Shown: positions 1 through 19,810, counted from the stretch's first letter. The stretch: 64,000 bases of DNA from Eledone cirrhosa (GCA_964016885.1 OZ024742.1:204352001-204416000), one strand, 5' to 3'. Translations and numbers: made by a program. The notes: generated by a model not told the origin, from the sequence alone.

Positions 1-67
1 TATATATATATGTATATATATATATGTATATATATATATTATATATATATATATGTATATATATATG

Positions 68-99
<32 letters not shown>

Positions 100-112
100 G
101 ATATATATATAT

Positions 113-146
<34 letters not shown>

Positions 147-155
147 ATATATACA

Positions 156-254
<99 letters not shown>

Positions 255-255
255 T
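1..255. repeat. (TA)n microsatellite, one of dozens in the window (e.g. 6810-7230, 15826-16142, 16790-17370, 37230-37560, 45820-46250)
   Basis: Direct dinucleotide repeat; explains the (YI)n pseudo-ORFs. Confidence 0.99.
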
Positions 256-399
256 TTGAGTATATGTTGGTTGTATACCAACACCTCAGTATACAGGCTG
301 GAGCACTCGACGAAGTGCGCGGGTCGGTTTGGTTACTCCGGAGTAATGCAAAATAAAGTTAAATAAAAGTCAAATGATTAAAATTTAGCTTCGTTTAGT

Positions 400-454
400 A
401 CTGCTATATATATTTCTGTGACAGCCATCTTTGGCTGTGACCTCTTCAGGCAGT
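400..454 (-). ncRNA. Minimal type I hammerhead ribozyme in a solo PLE-type 3' fragment (~256-575)
   Basis: Minus strand: actgc-CUGAAGA-g..acagcca/tggctgt..-GAAA-tatata-UA-gcagt; stem I actgc/gcagt; second copy on + at 22882-22936. Confidence 0.85.
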
Positions 455-587
455 CCGAATTAGTGTGGTATAGACAAGTACATATGTTGTTGAGGTGTAT
501 AATTTTGTCAATACTCTGATATGCCCAGTTCCTCGTTGGGTTGTTATTTCACTGAGGAACTGGAATCATATCTATTATATATATATA

Positions 588-1618
588 CTAGCAGTAAAGC
601 CCGGCGTTGCTCGGGGTCGCTCAGTAGCTGTGTTAAAGTTACAATGTTAAGTTTCTTTCTTGGCTTAAAAACTGTAGTGTCTACTGTGCAGACTTGCATG
701 TGGTGTTTTTGATTAATATTCCCTCAACCAACAATATGCCTTATGAAGTTAAGAAAACATAACGATAACCCGAATGTTATAACAAAAGAGGATGCTGGGG
801 ATAAAAACTGCACTGGTTATTTATTAACAAAGATCGAAAATGTAAACACTGCAACGCAGAGAAAAACATTAGCGTAACCAAATTATCAGTTATGTCTGTC
901 TGCACGCCTATATCACCTCTCTGCACGACTGTCTGTCTGCACGCCTATATCACCTCTCTGCACGACTATCTGTCTGCACGCGTATATCACCTCTCTGCAC
1001 GACTGTCTGTCTGCACGACTGTCTGTCTGCACGACTGTCTGTCTTCACGACTGTCTGTCTGCACGCCTAACGACGAAATATTTGCTTGTTTTACGTAGTC
1101 TTTAAATAGACTTGTTTACAAGTAAAAATATTGTTTTAAAATGCTTTTAAATTGAAATGAAGCAAAACGGAAGCTTAGTGTCGAACTGATGAATTTTGCA
1201 GGTCAATATTTTGCTGGCTCGACAACTGTCTGTTCGTGTATTGTGTTAATGTCGGAAGCTTAGTGTCGAACTGATGAATTTTGCAGGTCAATATTTTGCT
1301 GGCTCGACAACTGTCTGTTCGTGTATTGTGTTAATGTCATTTTAAACGCTGAGAAAGCCAGCGTAATTTTTTACGTAAGACGTTCAATGTAAACAGAACA
1401 AAGGGAAATAACTGATAACTTACGCTCAAAAATCGATACATTATATTCGATTTCGTCACATAGGGTGGGTCAATTTGAATTTTTTTTTTTCCGATGTCTT
1501 CGCTAGGGCTCACTGTACAAGGATAGCAATTTCGGTGCAATTCCGTGAGAGATTCTAAGAGGAGATGTGTGCCAAAAATCGATAGACAGACAGACAACCA
1601 CAGTTTTATATATATAGA
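588..1618 (-). mobile_element. Non-autonomous Helitron-type element
   Basis: Minus strand starts 5'-TC(TA)n..(GTCT)n and ends with GC hairpin cccgagcaacgccggg then CTAG-3', inserted between A and T; internal 85-bp tandem duplication (1168-1338) and ctgcacgactgtctgt repeats (893-1068). Confidence 0.8.
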
Positions 1619-1657
1619 TAAGATCAAAAGATGGTTAAAAGAGTTCCATGTATTATA

Positions 1658-1769
<112 letters not shown>

Positions 1770-1967
1770 TTATTCAGGTTTGAGATTCACCACTGGATAG
1801 AGCTGGTCAATTCCGTATGGTCAATCTCAATGTAATAATATAGAGAGTACTCAACGTAAAGCAGTTCAACCGTCTTTGTTTTTGTAGTTGGTGTTGCTAT
1901 TACGGAGTTAAATATTATAATGAAATGACAGGAGGCTGGAGTTTTGTAAATCCTTGAAAGCTTTATT

Positions 1968-2024
1968 ATACTATGATTATTTCAATGACCGGTTCCGTAT
2001 GAATCCGGTGATATCATCAGGTAT
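1968..2024 (-). ncRNA. Type I hammerhead ribozyme in a PLE-like 3' fragment
   Basis: atac-CUGAUGA-t at c accgg..ccggt c at t-GAAA-t aatc a-UA-gtat. Confidence 0.7.
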
Positions 2025-2369
2025 TCGAAATATAATAAGTGAATGTAATAGATAAAATCTATGGGGCTGAAAATCAAAGACCCGAGGGCGACCTCCATCC
2101 AGCATCTTCTACCTTTGCCGGTCGCCCTCGAGTGACGTGGCTAAAGCTTACAGTGTGCTACTACCGGTCAAATAAAGGAAAATAGAGAGAGATAGGAACA
2201 TAAGTGAGCGTTAATATCATGCCACAAGAAAAAAGAAAGAAAGAAAGAAGAGAGAAGAAGGGGGAAGGAAGTAGAAGAGAAGCCAGGGTTAATGTCAGCT
2301 ATAAGAAGAAAGACCAAAAGAAAGAGGAGGAAAGGTCGGTATAACAGTCAAGCCAAGAATGTCGCGAAA

Positions 2370-2815
2370 AAATGTTTATTCTAAGGGACCCGTCTACGAC
2401 TTCTGCTATACCATTTACGTGGTTTTCTCTTTGCGAGCTATTGTTCTCCACGCTCCACATATGACGTATTATCTTCGTTTTTTCGTTCATTGCCAGAGAA
2501 CGTCTCTTTGCACCACCTAAGAGAACATTAGTCTACGACCTCTTTTATACTATAAACGTGGTTCTGTCTTTGCGCGTAATTGCTTTTCACCGCTCCTATT
2601 AATGACGTATTATATTCGTTTTTTCCCGTTCTTAGCCAGCGAACGTTTCCACGAACCAAAGTATCGTCTTCCTGTCTTCCTCCGGTTGCAACGTTTTTTG
2701 AAATATCCACTTCTGCGTTTACAGATTGACTTTGTTAGTTTCAGAAGATCCCGTTAAGGGTGAAAGCAGCGATTCTTTGCTTAAACTTTAATCTGTTATT
2801 TTAATAAATATTTGC
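2370..2815 (+). mobile_element. Dispersed repeat 'family D' (PLE pseudo-LTR-like) with variant hammerhead at 2737-2787
   Basis: Homologous segments on minus strand at 6445-6572, 24749-24960 and 26024-26260; agttt-CAGAAGA-t ccc gttaa ggg t-GAAA-gca..tgc-UU-aaact. Confidence 0.65.
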
Positions 2816-2907
2816 TCTACGGTTCTTATATATTTGATATATATTTATCCTTATCGAGCCCTCTTTGGATTTTAGTCTTCAAATTTATTATTATTACTAT
2901 CAATTTA

Positions 2908-4856
2908 GCACCCTGGACGCCTTCGTCGATGCCAGCCGTAGCGCAGTAAATCGTTTCGACTTCCGCCACCGTTCCAAACGGCACAACATCTCACGGGGCG
3001 AACTCCTCGCTCTCCGCTCCCTCCGTAGCCGAGATGACATCGTCATCAAACCGGCGGACAAGGGAGGCGCCGTGGTGGTATGGTGCGCGGACCTCTACAC
3101 GGCCGAAGCCCTCAGGCAGCTCTGTAACCCCCTCTTTTACCGCCCTCTACCCTCCGATCCCACCCCCCTCTACCAACAACAAGTCTCCTCCACCATCAAA
3201 GACCTTATCGCCTCCTCCCTCCTCCCCCCACCGCTTCCCACCTCATCGTCCGCACACCCCGCACCCCCACCATCTACTTCCTCCCCAAACTCCACAAACC
3301 CGACAACCCCGGCCGCCCCATCGTCTCCGCTTGCAACTGCCCCACCGAACTCATCTCCGCCTTTCTCGACTCCCTCCTCGCCCCCCTTGTCACCACCCTC
3401 CCCTCCCACATCTCTGACACCAACCACGCCCTGCGCCTTTTCGACTCCTTCACCTACCTACCCGGCCCTCAGCCATTCCTCTTCACCCTAGACATCAAGT
3501 CCCTCTATACCGTCATCCCCCACGCCGACGGCCTTCGCGCCCTCAAACACTACCTCGACCTTCGCCCCTCACCCATTCCCTCCACCCCCACCCTCCTTCG
3601 CCTCGCCGAGCTGGTCCTCACCCTAAATTGTTTCTCCTTCTCGGGTGAGTTTTACCAACAGGTCACGGGGGTAGCCATGGGCACAAGAATGGGTCCGAAC
3701 TATGCTAACCTTTTTGTTGGCCATGTTGAGGCCCAAATCTTTGCCCAGTACACCGGCCCCACGCCCGAACTGTACGGCCGTTACATTGACGACTGTATCG
3801 GAGCCACGACCCTCACCCGAGTACAGCTCGACTCCTTTCTCTCCTTCTTCTGCTCCTTCAACCCCTCCCTCCACTTCACCACCTCTATCTCCACCACCCA
3901 CGTCCACTTCTTGGACATCTCCGTCGCCTTCGACCCCTCCCACCACTCCCTCGTCACCTCCGCCTTCTTCAAACCCACCGACTCCCACTCTTACCTCGAC
4001 TTCACCTCTTCCCACCCCACCCACACTAAACTCTCCATTCCCTACTCCCAACTTCTCAGGATCCGCCGCCTCTGTAGCCGAGATGCTGACTTCGAGTCCC
4101 AGGCCCTTTCCCTAGTCAGCCATTTCATCCGCAGAGGTTACCCCCCCCTCTCTCGTCCACACCGCTCTCACCCGCGCCCGTGCTATCCCCCGCTCCACCA
4201 CCCTCACCCCACGCCACCGCACACCCACCCACCGTCTCCCCTTCCCCATCACCTACCACCCCTCCACCTTACCCCTCCACCGCACCATCCGCCGCCTCTT
4301 CCGACACCTCCAGTCCAACCCCTCCACCTCCCACATCTTCCCAACACCACCACTCCCCTCCTTCAAACGCGCACGCAATCTCCGCACCCTCCTCGTCCAC
4401 AGCTCCCTACCCCCCAACCCACGCTCCGTTTCCCCCCCCGGTTCCTTTCCCTGTTCTAGGCCCCGCTGCAACACCTGTCCCCACATCACCAACACCACCA
4501 CCTTCCAGGGTCCCAACGGCCACCCTCTCTCGGTCCGGCATGCCTTCCGCTGCACCTCCTCCAACCTCGTCTACGGACTTCGTTGCACGAGGTGCAGCGC
4601 GAATTATGTCGGACAGACGGGACGCCGCCTGGCGGACCGAGTCACGGAGCACCTCCGGGACATTCGTCTCGGGGGCAGTTCCCCCATCGCCCGCCACTTT
4701 GGTGGCCCTGGACACTCCGCACGCCATCTCACAGTCTGTGGCCTACTCCAGTGCCACGGAACACCCGCCCATCGCCTCACGGTCGAACAACGTACTATCT
4801 TCATCTTACAGACCCACACTCCCCCCGGCCTGAACTCCCCACCCTTATTCCTTTAG
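2908..4856 (+). pseudogene. PLE reverse transcriptase + Cys-rich linker + GIY-YIG endonuclease (two frameshifts)
   Basis: Manual translation across frames: IKPADKGGAVV, YFLPKLHKPDNPGRPIVS, DIKSLYT, GVAMGTRMGPNYANL, RYIDD, FLDI, KPTDSHSYL, CSRPRCNTC, NLVYGLRCTRCSANYVGQTGRRLADRVTEH; stop TAG 4854-4856. Confidence 0.93.
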
Positions 4857-6207
4857 CGTTCGACCGCCCCCCTCCCCCACTTATCCCCCACTAACACACC
4901 CCTCCTTTTCACCGCCCACCCCACACTAACAATACTAACACCTCCACTCCACTCCACCCTTCATCTGACCACCCTTCCCCAACTAACATACTAACATCCC
5001 TTCCCTTCCCTCCCCTCTTCTCCTCCTCCCCCTCCTTATCACACGCACACACTTACACCACCCACCCCACACGCAACTAACATCACTAACACCCTCCAAC
5101 CCCACGCACACGTACCCACACACCCTCGTACGCCACCAACTCTACACACCCTACCCCCACTAACCCCCACTCACACCAGCATTCCACCCCTCCCCACCTC
5201 CCGTCTACTAACACCCACTAACACCCCTACTGATACACACACACACACACACCCTCCTCACTCCAAATCTCACACCTACCCATCCTCGCCTCCCTTCCAT
5301 TCCGCTGACTGCTGCTATGCCCTTCCGACCACTGTCTCAGCACCAACTGACCACAGCACTTCCACTGCTGACCACTTCCTGTTGCGCGCGCACCCCACAT
5401 CTCTCCTCTTCCGACCACCGCTTCTTGGATTACCCACACGCGTTTTGACTTCCAACCAAAATCTCCATACATCCGTGTAACTTACCACTTTCAACCATCG
5501 TCTTACACCATCACCTATATAACTCACCCACACACACATCCCAAAACAATTTTTTTTATCCACACGCCACCCACACCCACAACACGCTTAAACCACACAC
5601 ACGTGCTTCCCACCACATATTTACACCCTCAGCCCCCTTATTCCTCTCCCCCCACCCCCCTATCCACACACGCACAGGCCCTCCGACACACAAAAACACC
5701 CCCCACACACACCTTCCTGAAGATGCAACCCCGTTCTTCCTCCAACCCTCACTTTCACATACACACACACACACACACGCACACCTAACCACACACACCA
5801 CCTTCAGCCCTCCCCGCTCGGACACCCCGTCTCCCTCTCCCCACTCCACCCGCCACCACCTCTACTCACCCCACACCCTTCCACCACCTGTTTACCCCCC
5901 TTTTAATTTCAGTTTATTTTGATCATGCCTTTATTTTTAAATGTTCTCATTCCTTGTATTTTGATCATGCTTTATTTTTATTTATTATTTATTATAGTTT
6001 TGTCTTTATTTGTTAATTTTTCATTCGCACCGTTTCCTTTCGCTATATGTCTCTCCACCACTCCCCTACACACCTTTTGAACTCTCACCTGAAGAAGGGC
6101 TTATGCCCGAAACGTCGTCCTCCACCTACCCCCCCACTCTCCTGAGCGTGAATTTAATAAACATTTATCGTACTGCCTCTCTGTTCTGTCCCTGTTCAAT
6201 TTTTCAT
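2908..6207 (+). mobile_element. GC/C-rich Penelope-like element (Neptune-like), 5'-truncated, ending in (TA)n
   Basis: RT+GIY-YIG coding region, ~1.3-kb C-rich 3' region, HHR core CUGAAGA-a gggc ttat gccc-GAAAC at 6089-6119, then (TA)n. Confidence 0.92.
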
Positions 6208-6679
6208 TATATATATATATATATATATATACTAATATATATATATATGTATAATATATATATAATATATATATATATATACTAATATATATATATATAT
6301 ACTTATATATATATAATATATATAAAATATATATATTATATATATATATATATAATATATATAATATATATATATTATATATATATATATATATAATATA
6401 TATATATGTATATATATATATAATATATATATATATATATAATATATTTATTAAAATAACAGATTAAAGTTTAAGCAAAGAAACGCTGCTTTTACCCTTA
6501 ACGGGATCTTCTGAAACTAACAGTCAATCTGTAAACGCAGCACAGGATATTTCAAAAAACGTTGCAACCGGATATATATATATTATATAAGGAACTATCG
6601 ACTTTCGTCAAATCGGACCGAGGGAACAATGTTTCCGTTGGTCTTTCCAATTGCTAATACTATCTATCGGTCGCAACTC

Positions 6680-6809
6680 CAGGTAGAAGGAACAACGTGA
6701 AATAAAGTGTCTTGCTCAAGGACATAACGCATCGCCTGGTCCAGGAATCGAACTCACAACCTTACGATTGCGAATCCGATTCTCTAACCACTCAGCCACA
6801 CGCCTTCAC
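6680..6809 (-). mobile_element. tRNA-derived SINE (5' part); head duplicated at 6994-7032
   Basis: A box TGGCTGAGTGG, B box GAGTTCGATTCC, followed by tgtccttgagcaagacactttatttcac conserved-domain-like block. Confidence 0.85.
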
Positions 6810-6993
<184 letters not shown>

Positions 6994-7033
6994 GTGAATC
7001 CGATTCTCTAACCACTCAGCCACACGCCTTCAC

Positions 7034-7228
<195 letters not shown>

Positions 7229-7296
7229 TATATGCAAAAGTTCTATTTAAAATTGTTGGGATACAACAAGTAAATATTTTATAACTGATTTATATA

Positions 7297-7697
7297 TATA
7301 AACGCTTGTATATGTATAATAAGGCCAAAACCATGCAGGTATGGACATAGAATAAAGAATGCAAATGCAAAAGATATTGTTGACAATTAGTCTTTTACCT
7401 TAGATTTATCTAAATTTCCTTAATTTTCGAGATAATATCTCTTCTTCGGAGGGAAGCAAAGCGGTTAAACCAGTGTTCTAAATAGCTTGCCAAGACAGCT
7501 TGGCAAGCTATTTAGAACACTGGTTTAACCGCCTTTGCTTCCCCCCGAAGAAGAGATATTATCTCGAAAATTAAGGACATTTAAATAAATCTAAGGTAAA
7601 AGACTAATTGTCAACAATATCTTTTGCATTTGCATTCTTTATTCTATGTCCATACCTGCATGGTTTTGGCTTTATTATACATATACAAGCGTTTATA
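7297..7697. repeat. Near-perfect fold-back (~200-bp arms, 4-nt spacer) of a PLE-type pseudo-LTR with a variant HHR in each arm
   Basis: Centre aatagcttgccaag-acag-cttggcaagctatt; CCGAAGA-a gagat att atctc-GAAA-at-UA-agg at ~7545-7576. Confidence 0.9.
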
Positions 7698-7736
7698 CCT
7701 CATTACACAATGCTTCAAGTGAATCTATAACTTCCT

Positions 7737-10750
<3,014 letters not shown>

Positions 10751-12874
10751 TAGCAGAATCGGCGAGAGTAACCGATCTAGGGACCTAACAAACTGCATAA
10801 TAGGTAGTACGGATGTTGTGTCCCTGTATCCATCTATTGATGTGGATTTTGCTGTGGAGAAATGCGTAGAAATGATCAGTGAGAGCAATGTTGAGTTCCG
10901 TGGGATTGATACCAGTGAGCTGGGAGTCCTACTTAAACTTACCTATAGTAATAATTACCTAGACACATATGACCTTAGCAACCTGTGCCCTACAAGACCA
11001 GCAAGAGGCAGACCACCTACCATTACCTCAATGGCCAAGAAAACCCACACAGATAGATGGAACGGGTGGACCAGAGCCATACGGAGACCCGAAAACCACG
11101 ATGAACTGCAGAAAATGATTGCACATGCGGTAGGGGCCAGCATAAAACTAACCCTTAAGGAACACATGTTCAAATTTAATGGAAAAACATATGCCCAAGA
11201 GGAAGGAGCAGCCATTGGTGTTAACATTGCAGGCGACATAGCTAACTTATTCATGGTATGGGGGGACAGTAGACTTAAACTTAAACTTAAAGAACAATTA
11301 GAAGACCCCTTAACCCTGATAATGTACTCCCGCTACGTTGATGATATAAACATCGTAGTTAAAACACCCCCACTAGAGAACAGTCAGGAATTAGAGAAAA
11401 ACACAATGGAAAGCATCCAGCAAATAGCTAACTCCATCCACCAGAGTATTAAAGTTACTATAGACTACCCAAGTAAACACCCCAACCACAGAGCTCTGGT
11501 TAGATACCATTAATAACAAAAAAACAAATCCCCCATTCCCATTATGCCAAACTCATGACATCCAAATATCTGATCCACCGAAACTCAGCTGTTTCGGACC
11601 ATACCAAAATCAACATACTGATTGCGGATTTGGTACGGGTGATGAGAAACGTGTCCCGCATGTGCAACCCCGAAGAACTAGAGAGACACATACAACACTT
11701 CATTCACCGTATGCAGTTCTCTGGTTACAATCAGAGAGATAAAATCAGAGTGTATAGAGGAGCCAGAACCAAATGGGAAAAAATGGTAAATAATGACTCA
11801 AATGGGACCTGCCCCTTGTATAGGAGCAAATTTTGGAATAGAATAGAAAGAACTAGGAATAAGGCTAATAGAATAAAATCATGGTATGATAGCAATAAAC
11901 ACCAGAGTGTAATGTTCACCTAGAGGTGAATTAGCTTACAAATTTAGAAGGGCCCTAGACAAACATAAACTCAATATTGAGATAGTAGAAAGACCAGGTA
12001 CCTCCGTAAAAACACTTATTAGCAAGACATACCCTTTTCAAAGACCCCCCTGTATAGATGAGAAATGTATAACCTGTAAATTAAGCCCCCATATTAACTG
12101 TAAAACTAGAAATGTAGTATATAGCATAAGATGTACTGAAGGACAATGTAGAGACAAAAATATAGTGTACATAGGTGAGACAGCTCGTAGTGTAGGGGAA
12201 CGGATAAATGAACACTGGCGAGACCTTCAAGATAGTAAAGAATCATCTGTACTCTACCAACATGCTAAAATAGAACATAAGGGTAAATTAGAGAACATAG
12301 AAATAAAAATAGAATCTACACACAGAAAAGACGCAATGTTTAGACAAATCACAGAGGCAATAAACATAAAAGAATTACAACCAAAATTAAATAGAAAATA
12401 TGAGTTGAACAGCAACATCACAACTTACAATTAAGGACAAAATGAAAACACATACGCACATAGATCAAACAACCAACCTTCTAACATGTAAATAAACAAA
12501 TAAATAAACGAATATAAACACACACAGACACCCGGATGTGGCGCATGCGCAGACTGAGCACACAACACACACACAGAAACAAAATGGCGTAGGACAGAAC
12601 AAAGGAGAGGCACAAAAACAAAGAAAAGAATCCCCAGTCACTGAAGAGGTCACAGAATGTGTGACGAAAGAACTTTGACAATATATAAACAACCATCCGG
12701 TTGTGGAACCAACCAACCAACCGGAAATTTATAAATTTATTATAATAAATTGAAGTGAAAGCAACTGGTGCGTGTGTTTCTTATTGGCAACATGACCCTC
12801 CCAAAGTATAACAATATCGGTTTCAACACACGTTTTCAGATAAAGAATCTTGCTAAACAAATTTAGAAACGAAA
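10751..12874 (+). mobile_element. PLE 'family B', 5'-truncated, with pseudo-LTR HHR
   Basis: TDVVSLYPSID, GAAIGVNIAGDIANLFM, YSRYVDD (10818-11513), VVYSIRC..YIGETARSVGERINEH (to 12434); broken by small deletions relative to the 28085 copy; 3' end abuts a TA run. Confidence 0.92.
12637..12679 (+). ncRNA. Minimal hammerhead ribozyme of PLE family B
   Basis: gtca-CUGAAGA-g gtcaca gaatg tgtgac-GAAA-gaac-UU-tgac; copies at 29361-29403(+), 44846-44888(+), ~44765-44802(-), ~46412-46456(-). Confidence 0.85.
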
Positions 12875-13055
12875 TATATATATATAACGAAGGAAATGTG
12901 GTAAGGAACCAGGTAGACCATAACGCACCAAAGTACTCAATACTTAGGGTAGTAGAGGGGGTAATAGAAACGAGTAGGACCCCGACGGCTGAGCTCAAGC
13001 CGTGAGAATTAGCCGTCGAAACGGCTTGAACTCAGCCGTCGGGGTCTTACACCTT

Positions 13056-14103
<1,048 letters not shown>

Positions 14104-14108
<5 letters not shown>

Positions 14109-14243
14109 GTGGTTACACAACAGTTAGTTAATCATACCGAGAAGAATTGTTTCACCTTAGCGGATCTTCAGCTCGGGATTGGCATGGTTATAGGAACAAT
14201 TGATCTCGATATGGTGAACTAATTGTTGTGTAACCACTTCTAC
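14104..14243 (-). mobile_element. Short element with ~26-bp inverted ends and a degenerate HHR
   Basis: agaagtggttacacaacagttagtt / aactaattgttgtgtaaccacttct; minus strand ccgag-CUGAAGA-t cc gctaa gg t-GAAA..ctcgg. Confidence 0.55.
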
Positions 14244-14303
14244 CTAACTCGTCCCTTGGACTGAGTGTACTACCACTACGGATATTACCTTCCAGTGCCC
14301 CAC

Positions 14304-14354
<51 letters not shown>

Positions 14355-14591
14355 AACAAGTATGACCCCGACGGCAGAGCTCAAGCCGTTTCGACGGCTA
14401 ATTCTGTAATTTTTAGCCTGGTAAATAAATAGCGTTGAGCAATAAAAAATCGATATCAAAATTATCAGTAGCAAAATTGATGTAAGGGAGATAACCAACT
14501 TTATTGACAGAAATATAAACATCAGATTCATTTGAAGATAAATCAGTAATATTAACCTTTGTTTCTTGTTTATTCTTTGTGGAATTTCAAA

Positions 14592-14620
14592 CCCCGGGCA
14601 ACGCCGGGTAAATCTGCTAG
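14592..14620 (+). mobile_element. Helitron 3' terminus
   Basis: cccgggcaacgccggg hairpin + aatctgCTAG|t, same motif as 588-615 and 27690-27717. Confidence 0.7.
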
Positions 14621-14622
14621 TA

Positions 14623-14657
<35 letters not shown>

Positions 14658-15109
14658 ATTATATATATATATCATATATATATATATTATATATAGAATA
14701 GCTTTCACGGTATTTTGACTAAAATAATTTTAGCCTGATAATGGGGTTTAGAACCCTCAGATAAATCTTTTTCCATTTACCTGAGGGTTCTAAACCCATT
14801 ATCAGGCTAAAATTCCTTTAGTCAAAAATACGGTGGAAGCTATTCTATTTTCTAATCTCAAACCTGCTCACTGTTTCAAAACATACTTACTTGATATTAT
14901 ATATATGTTATTTATATATATTATATATATATTATATATATATGTTATATATGTATATCTAATATATATATATACATATATATACATATATATATAAAAT
15001 AAAGTACCAGTAATGTACTGGATAATTGCTGGCCTTGTGCCAATAGTAGAAACAATTATGTATGAATATATATATATTATATATATATATAATATCTATA
15101 TATATATAT

Positions 15110-15822
15110 AAGTATGTACGCGTGCATACATATATGTATACAGACGTACAGTAGTATGTATATATATATATACATACATGCACACATATATATGTACGTA
15201 TGAATTCACCGAACATTTATTATAGTGCTCGGTGTGTTTGTAAACAAACATCCCGTATTACGCCGTAGTGTCTAGCAACCATCGTTGCTCGTTTGTTCAA
15301 CACTGACAAAGGAACGCTGCACTAGTTTCAAGCTTATTAGCTATGGTCAGCAACGTATACCTTCCTGCCAGCTTGTTGAACGTATATACTTACCTTATGC
15401 ATATTAATGGCTGAGTAGCCCAATTTGCATATCGAGTAGGTTAATCGGCCCGGTGCGCCGAAAACGATAAACGGAAAAAATGAAACGAAATTTCATTTCC
15501 CACTCTTAGTACGGCTGTTACCTAAAAATATATTATGTACACGTGCATACATATATGTATACAGACGTACAGTAGTATGTATATATATATACATACATGC
15601 ACACATATATATATGTACGTATGGATTCACCGAACATTTATTATAATAATGCTCGGTGTGTTTGTTTACAAACACACCGAGCATTATAATAAATGTTCGG
15701 CGAATCCATACGTATACATACTACTGTACGTCTGTATACATATATGTATGCACGTGTACATACTTATATTTAAGTAACAGCCGTACTAAGAGTGGGAAAT
15801 GAAATTTCGTTTAACTTTTTCC

Positions 15823-15826
<4 letters not shown>
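15110..15826 (-). mobile_element. Diverged copy of retrozyme-like family R1 with fold-back end
   Basis: Homologous to the 472-bp unit; degenerate HHR at ~15314-15356 (CUGACCA core, GUG site); octamer at ~15423; inverted arms ~15484-15650 / 15680-15815. Confidence 0.8.
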
Positions 15827-15906
<80 letters not shown>

Positions 15907-15937
15907 CATATATATATATATATATATATTACATATA

Positions 15938-15974
<37 letters not shown>

Positions 15975-15988
15975 TACATATATATAGA

Positions 15989-16021
<33 letters not shown>

Positions 16022-16024
16022 AGA

Positions 16025-16057
<33 letters not shown>

Positions 16058-16076
16058 AGATATAAATATATATATA

Positions 16077-16127
<51 letters not shown>

Positions 16128-16142
16128 ATATATATATATATA

Positions 16143-16716
16143 TACATTTAAAGTATATGATAAACACGAAATGTGTTTACATTGCAACAGACAAAGTTAG
16201 CTATTAATGAAATAAACTAATAAAAGTGAATACAATTTGTCTGTCTCGATACAAGTCAATAAAGACAAGGTTATATTGGCAACTGCCATGATTCCTGGAC
16301 ATATTTAAATTTCAAAATTCAAACCTGTTCTGTAGACGAATTTGAACCTCGAAACCCAAATAAGTTTCGCAATGGTGGAAATAATCTTACTGGATTCCTG
16401 TTGATATGCACAGATGATTTGGATATTTCACTCTTTTATTTCTATTCCATTTCGATTCTCTTTATTTTTCAATTCACATTCCACCATTGCGAAACTTATT
16501 TGGGTTTCGAGGTTCAAATTCGTCTACAGAACAGGTTTGAATTTTGAAATTTAAATATGTCCAGGAATCATGGCAGTTGCCAATATAACCTTGTCTTTAT
16601 TGACTTGTATCGAGACAGACAAACTGTATTCACTTTTATTAGTTTATTTCATTAATAGCTAACTTTGTCTGTTGCAATGTAAACACATTTCGTGTTTATC
16701 ATATACTTTAAATGTA
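16143..16716. repeat. Fold-back, ~240-bp near-identical arms with ~100-bp spacer
   Basis: tacatttaaagtatatg...gcaatggtggaa mirrored by ttccaccattgc...catatactttaaatgta. Confidence 0.92.
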
Positions 16717-16784
16717 TTTAACTGCTCGGAAGAGCCCCTTCCTGGAGCTTAATTATTGTAAACGACTGAGAGTTTATTCTCAAA

Positions 16785-16918
<134 letters not shown>

Positions 16919-16946
16919 ATATATATATATATATATGCAATATATA

Positions 16947-16978
<32 letters not shown>

Positions 16979-17030
16979 TACAAATATATATATATATATA
17001 TAATATATATATATATATATGCAATATATA

Positions 17031-17062
<32 letters not shown>

Positions 17063-17067
17063 TACAA

Positions 17068-17104
<37 letters not shown>

Positions 17105-17109
17105 TACAA

Positions 17110-17152
<43 letters not shown>

Positions 17153-17155
17153 CAA

Positions 17156-17298
<143 letters not shown>

Positions 17299-17300
17299 TT

Positions 17301-17331
<31 letters not shown>

Positions 17332-17333
17332 AA

Positions 17334-17364
<31 letters not shown>

Positions 17365-17369
17365 ATATT

Positions 17370-17603
17370 ATTTATTTCGTTTCTGAATTTGTTTAGCAAG
17401 ATTCTTTATCTGAAAACGTGTGTTGAAACCGATATTGTTATACTTTGGGAGGGTCATGTTGACAATAAGAAACACACGCACCAGTTTTCTTTCACTTCAA
17501 TTTATTATAATAAATTTATAAATTTATTATAATAAATTGAAGTGAAAGCAACTGGTGCGTGTGTTTCTTATTGGCAACATGACCCGCCCAAAGTATAACA
17601 ATA
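17370..17603. mobile_element. Fold-back of PLE family B 3' tail
   Basis: Both arms match 12725-12874; flanked by (TA)n. Confidence 0.85.
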
Positions 17604-17623
17604 TATATTATATATATATATAT

Positions 17624-17678
<55 letters not shown>

Positions 17679-17749
17679 ATATTATATATATATATATAAT
17701 ATATATATATAATATATATATATTATATATATATATTATATATATATAT

Positions 17750-17783
<34 letters not shown>

Positions 17784-17822
17784 ATATATTATATATATAT
17801 ATTCTTTATATATATATATATT

Positions 17823-19640
<1,818 letters not shown>

Positions 19641-19642
19641 GA

Positions 19643-19805
19643 GGTTGGCATTAGGAAGGGCTTCCAGCTGTAGAACTCAAGCCATAATCAGTTCCCGTAT
19701 GAGCTAGACAAAGTCAGCTGACCAGACACTGCCCACAACAGGTCAACCCGTCTAACCCATGTTAGCGTAGAAGAACGGACGTAAAATGATGATGATGATG
19801 ATGAT
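19643..19805 (+). mobile_element. SINE 3' half with (ATG)n tail
   Basis: gttggcattaggaagggc..cagctgtagaa..ccgtctaacccatg..cggacgtaaaa(tga)n, resembling octopus SINE tails as I recall them. Confidence 0.65.
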
Positions 19806-19810
19806 ATTAA

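Noticed and set aside
3034-4894. Pro/Ser/Thr-rich and Gly-rich overlapping ORFs
   Set aside because: Off-frame or antisense readings of the C-rich PLE ORF
6730-6809. Functional tRNA gene
   Set aside because: A and B boxes continue into a SINE body and there is no proper acceptor stem
14693-14848. Hammerhead in the short fold-back (ctgataa..)
   Set aside because: Core has uncompensated A8 and no GAAA follows the stem; kept only as an inverted repeat
17406-17443. Antisense hammerhead in the family B tail (ctgaaaa..gaaac..gtt)
   Set aside because: Lacks G8, and stems I and II are too weak
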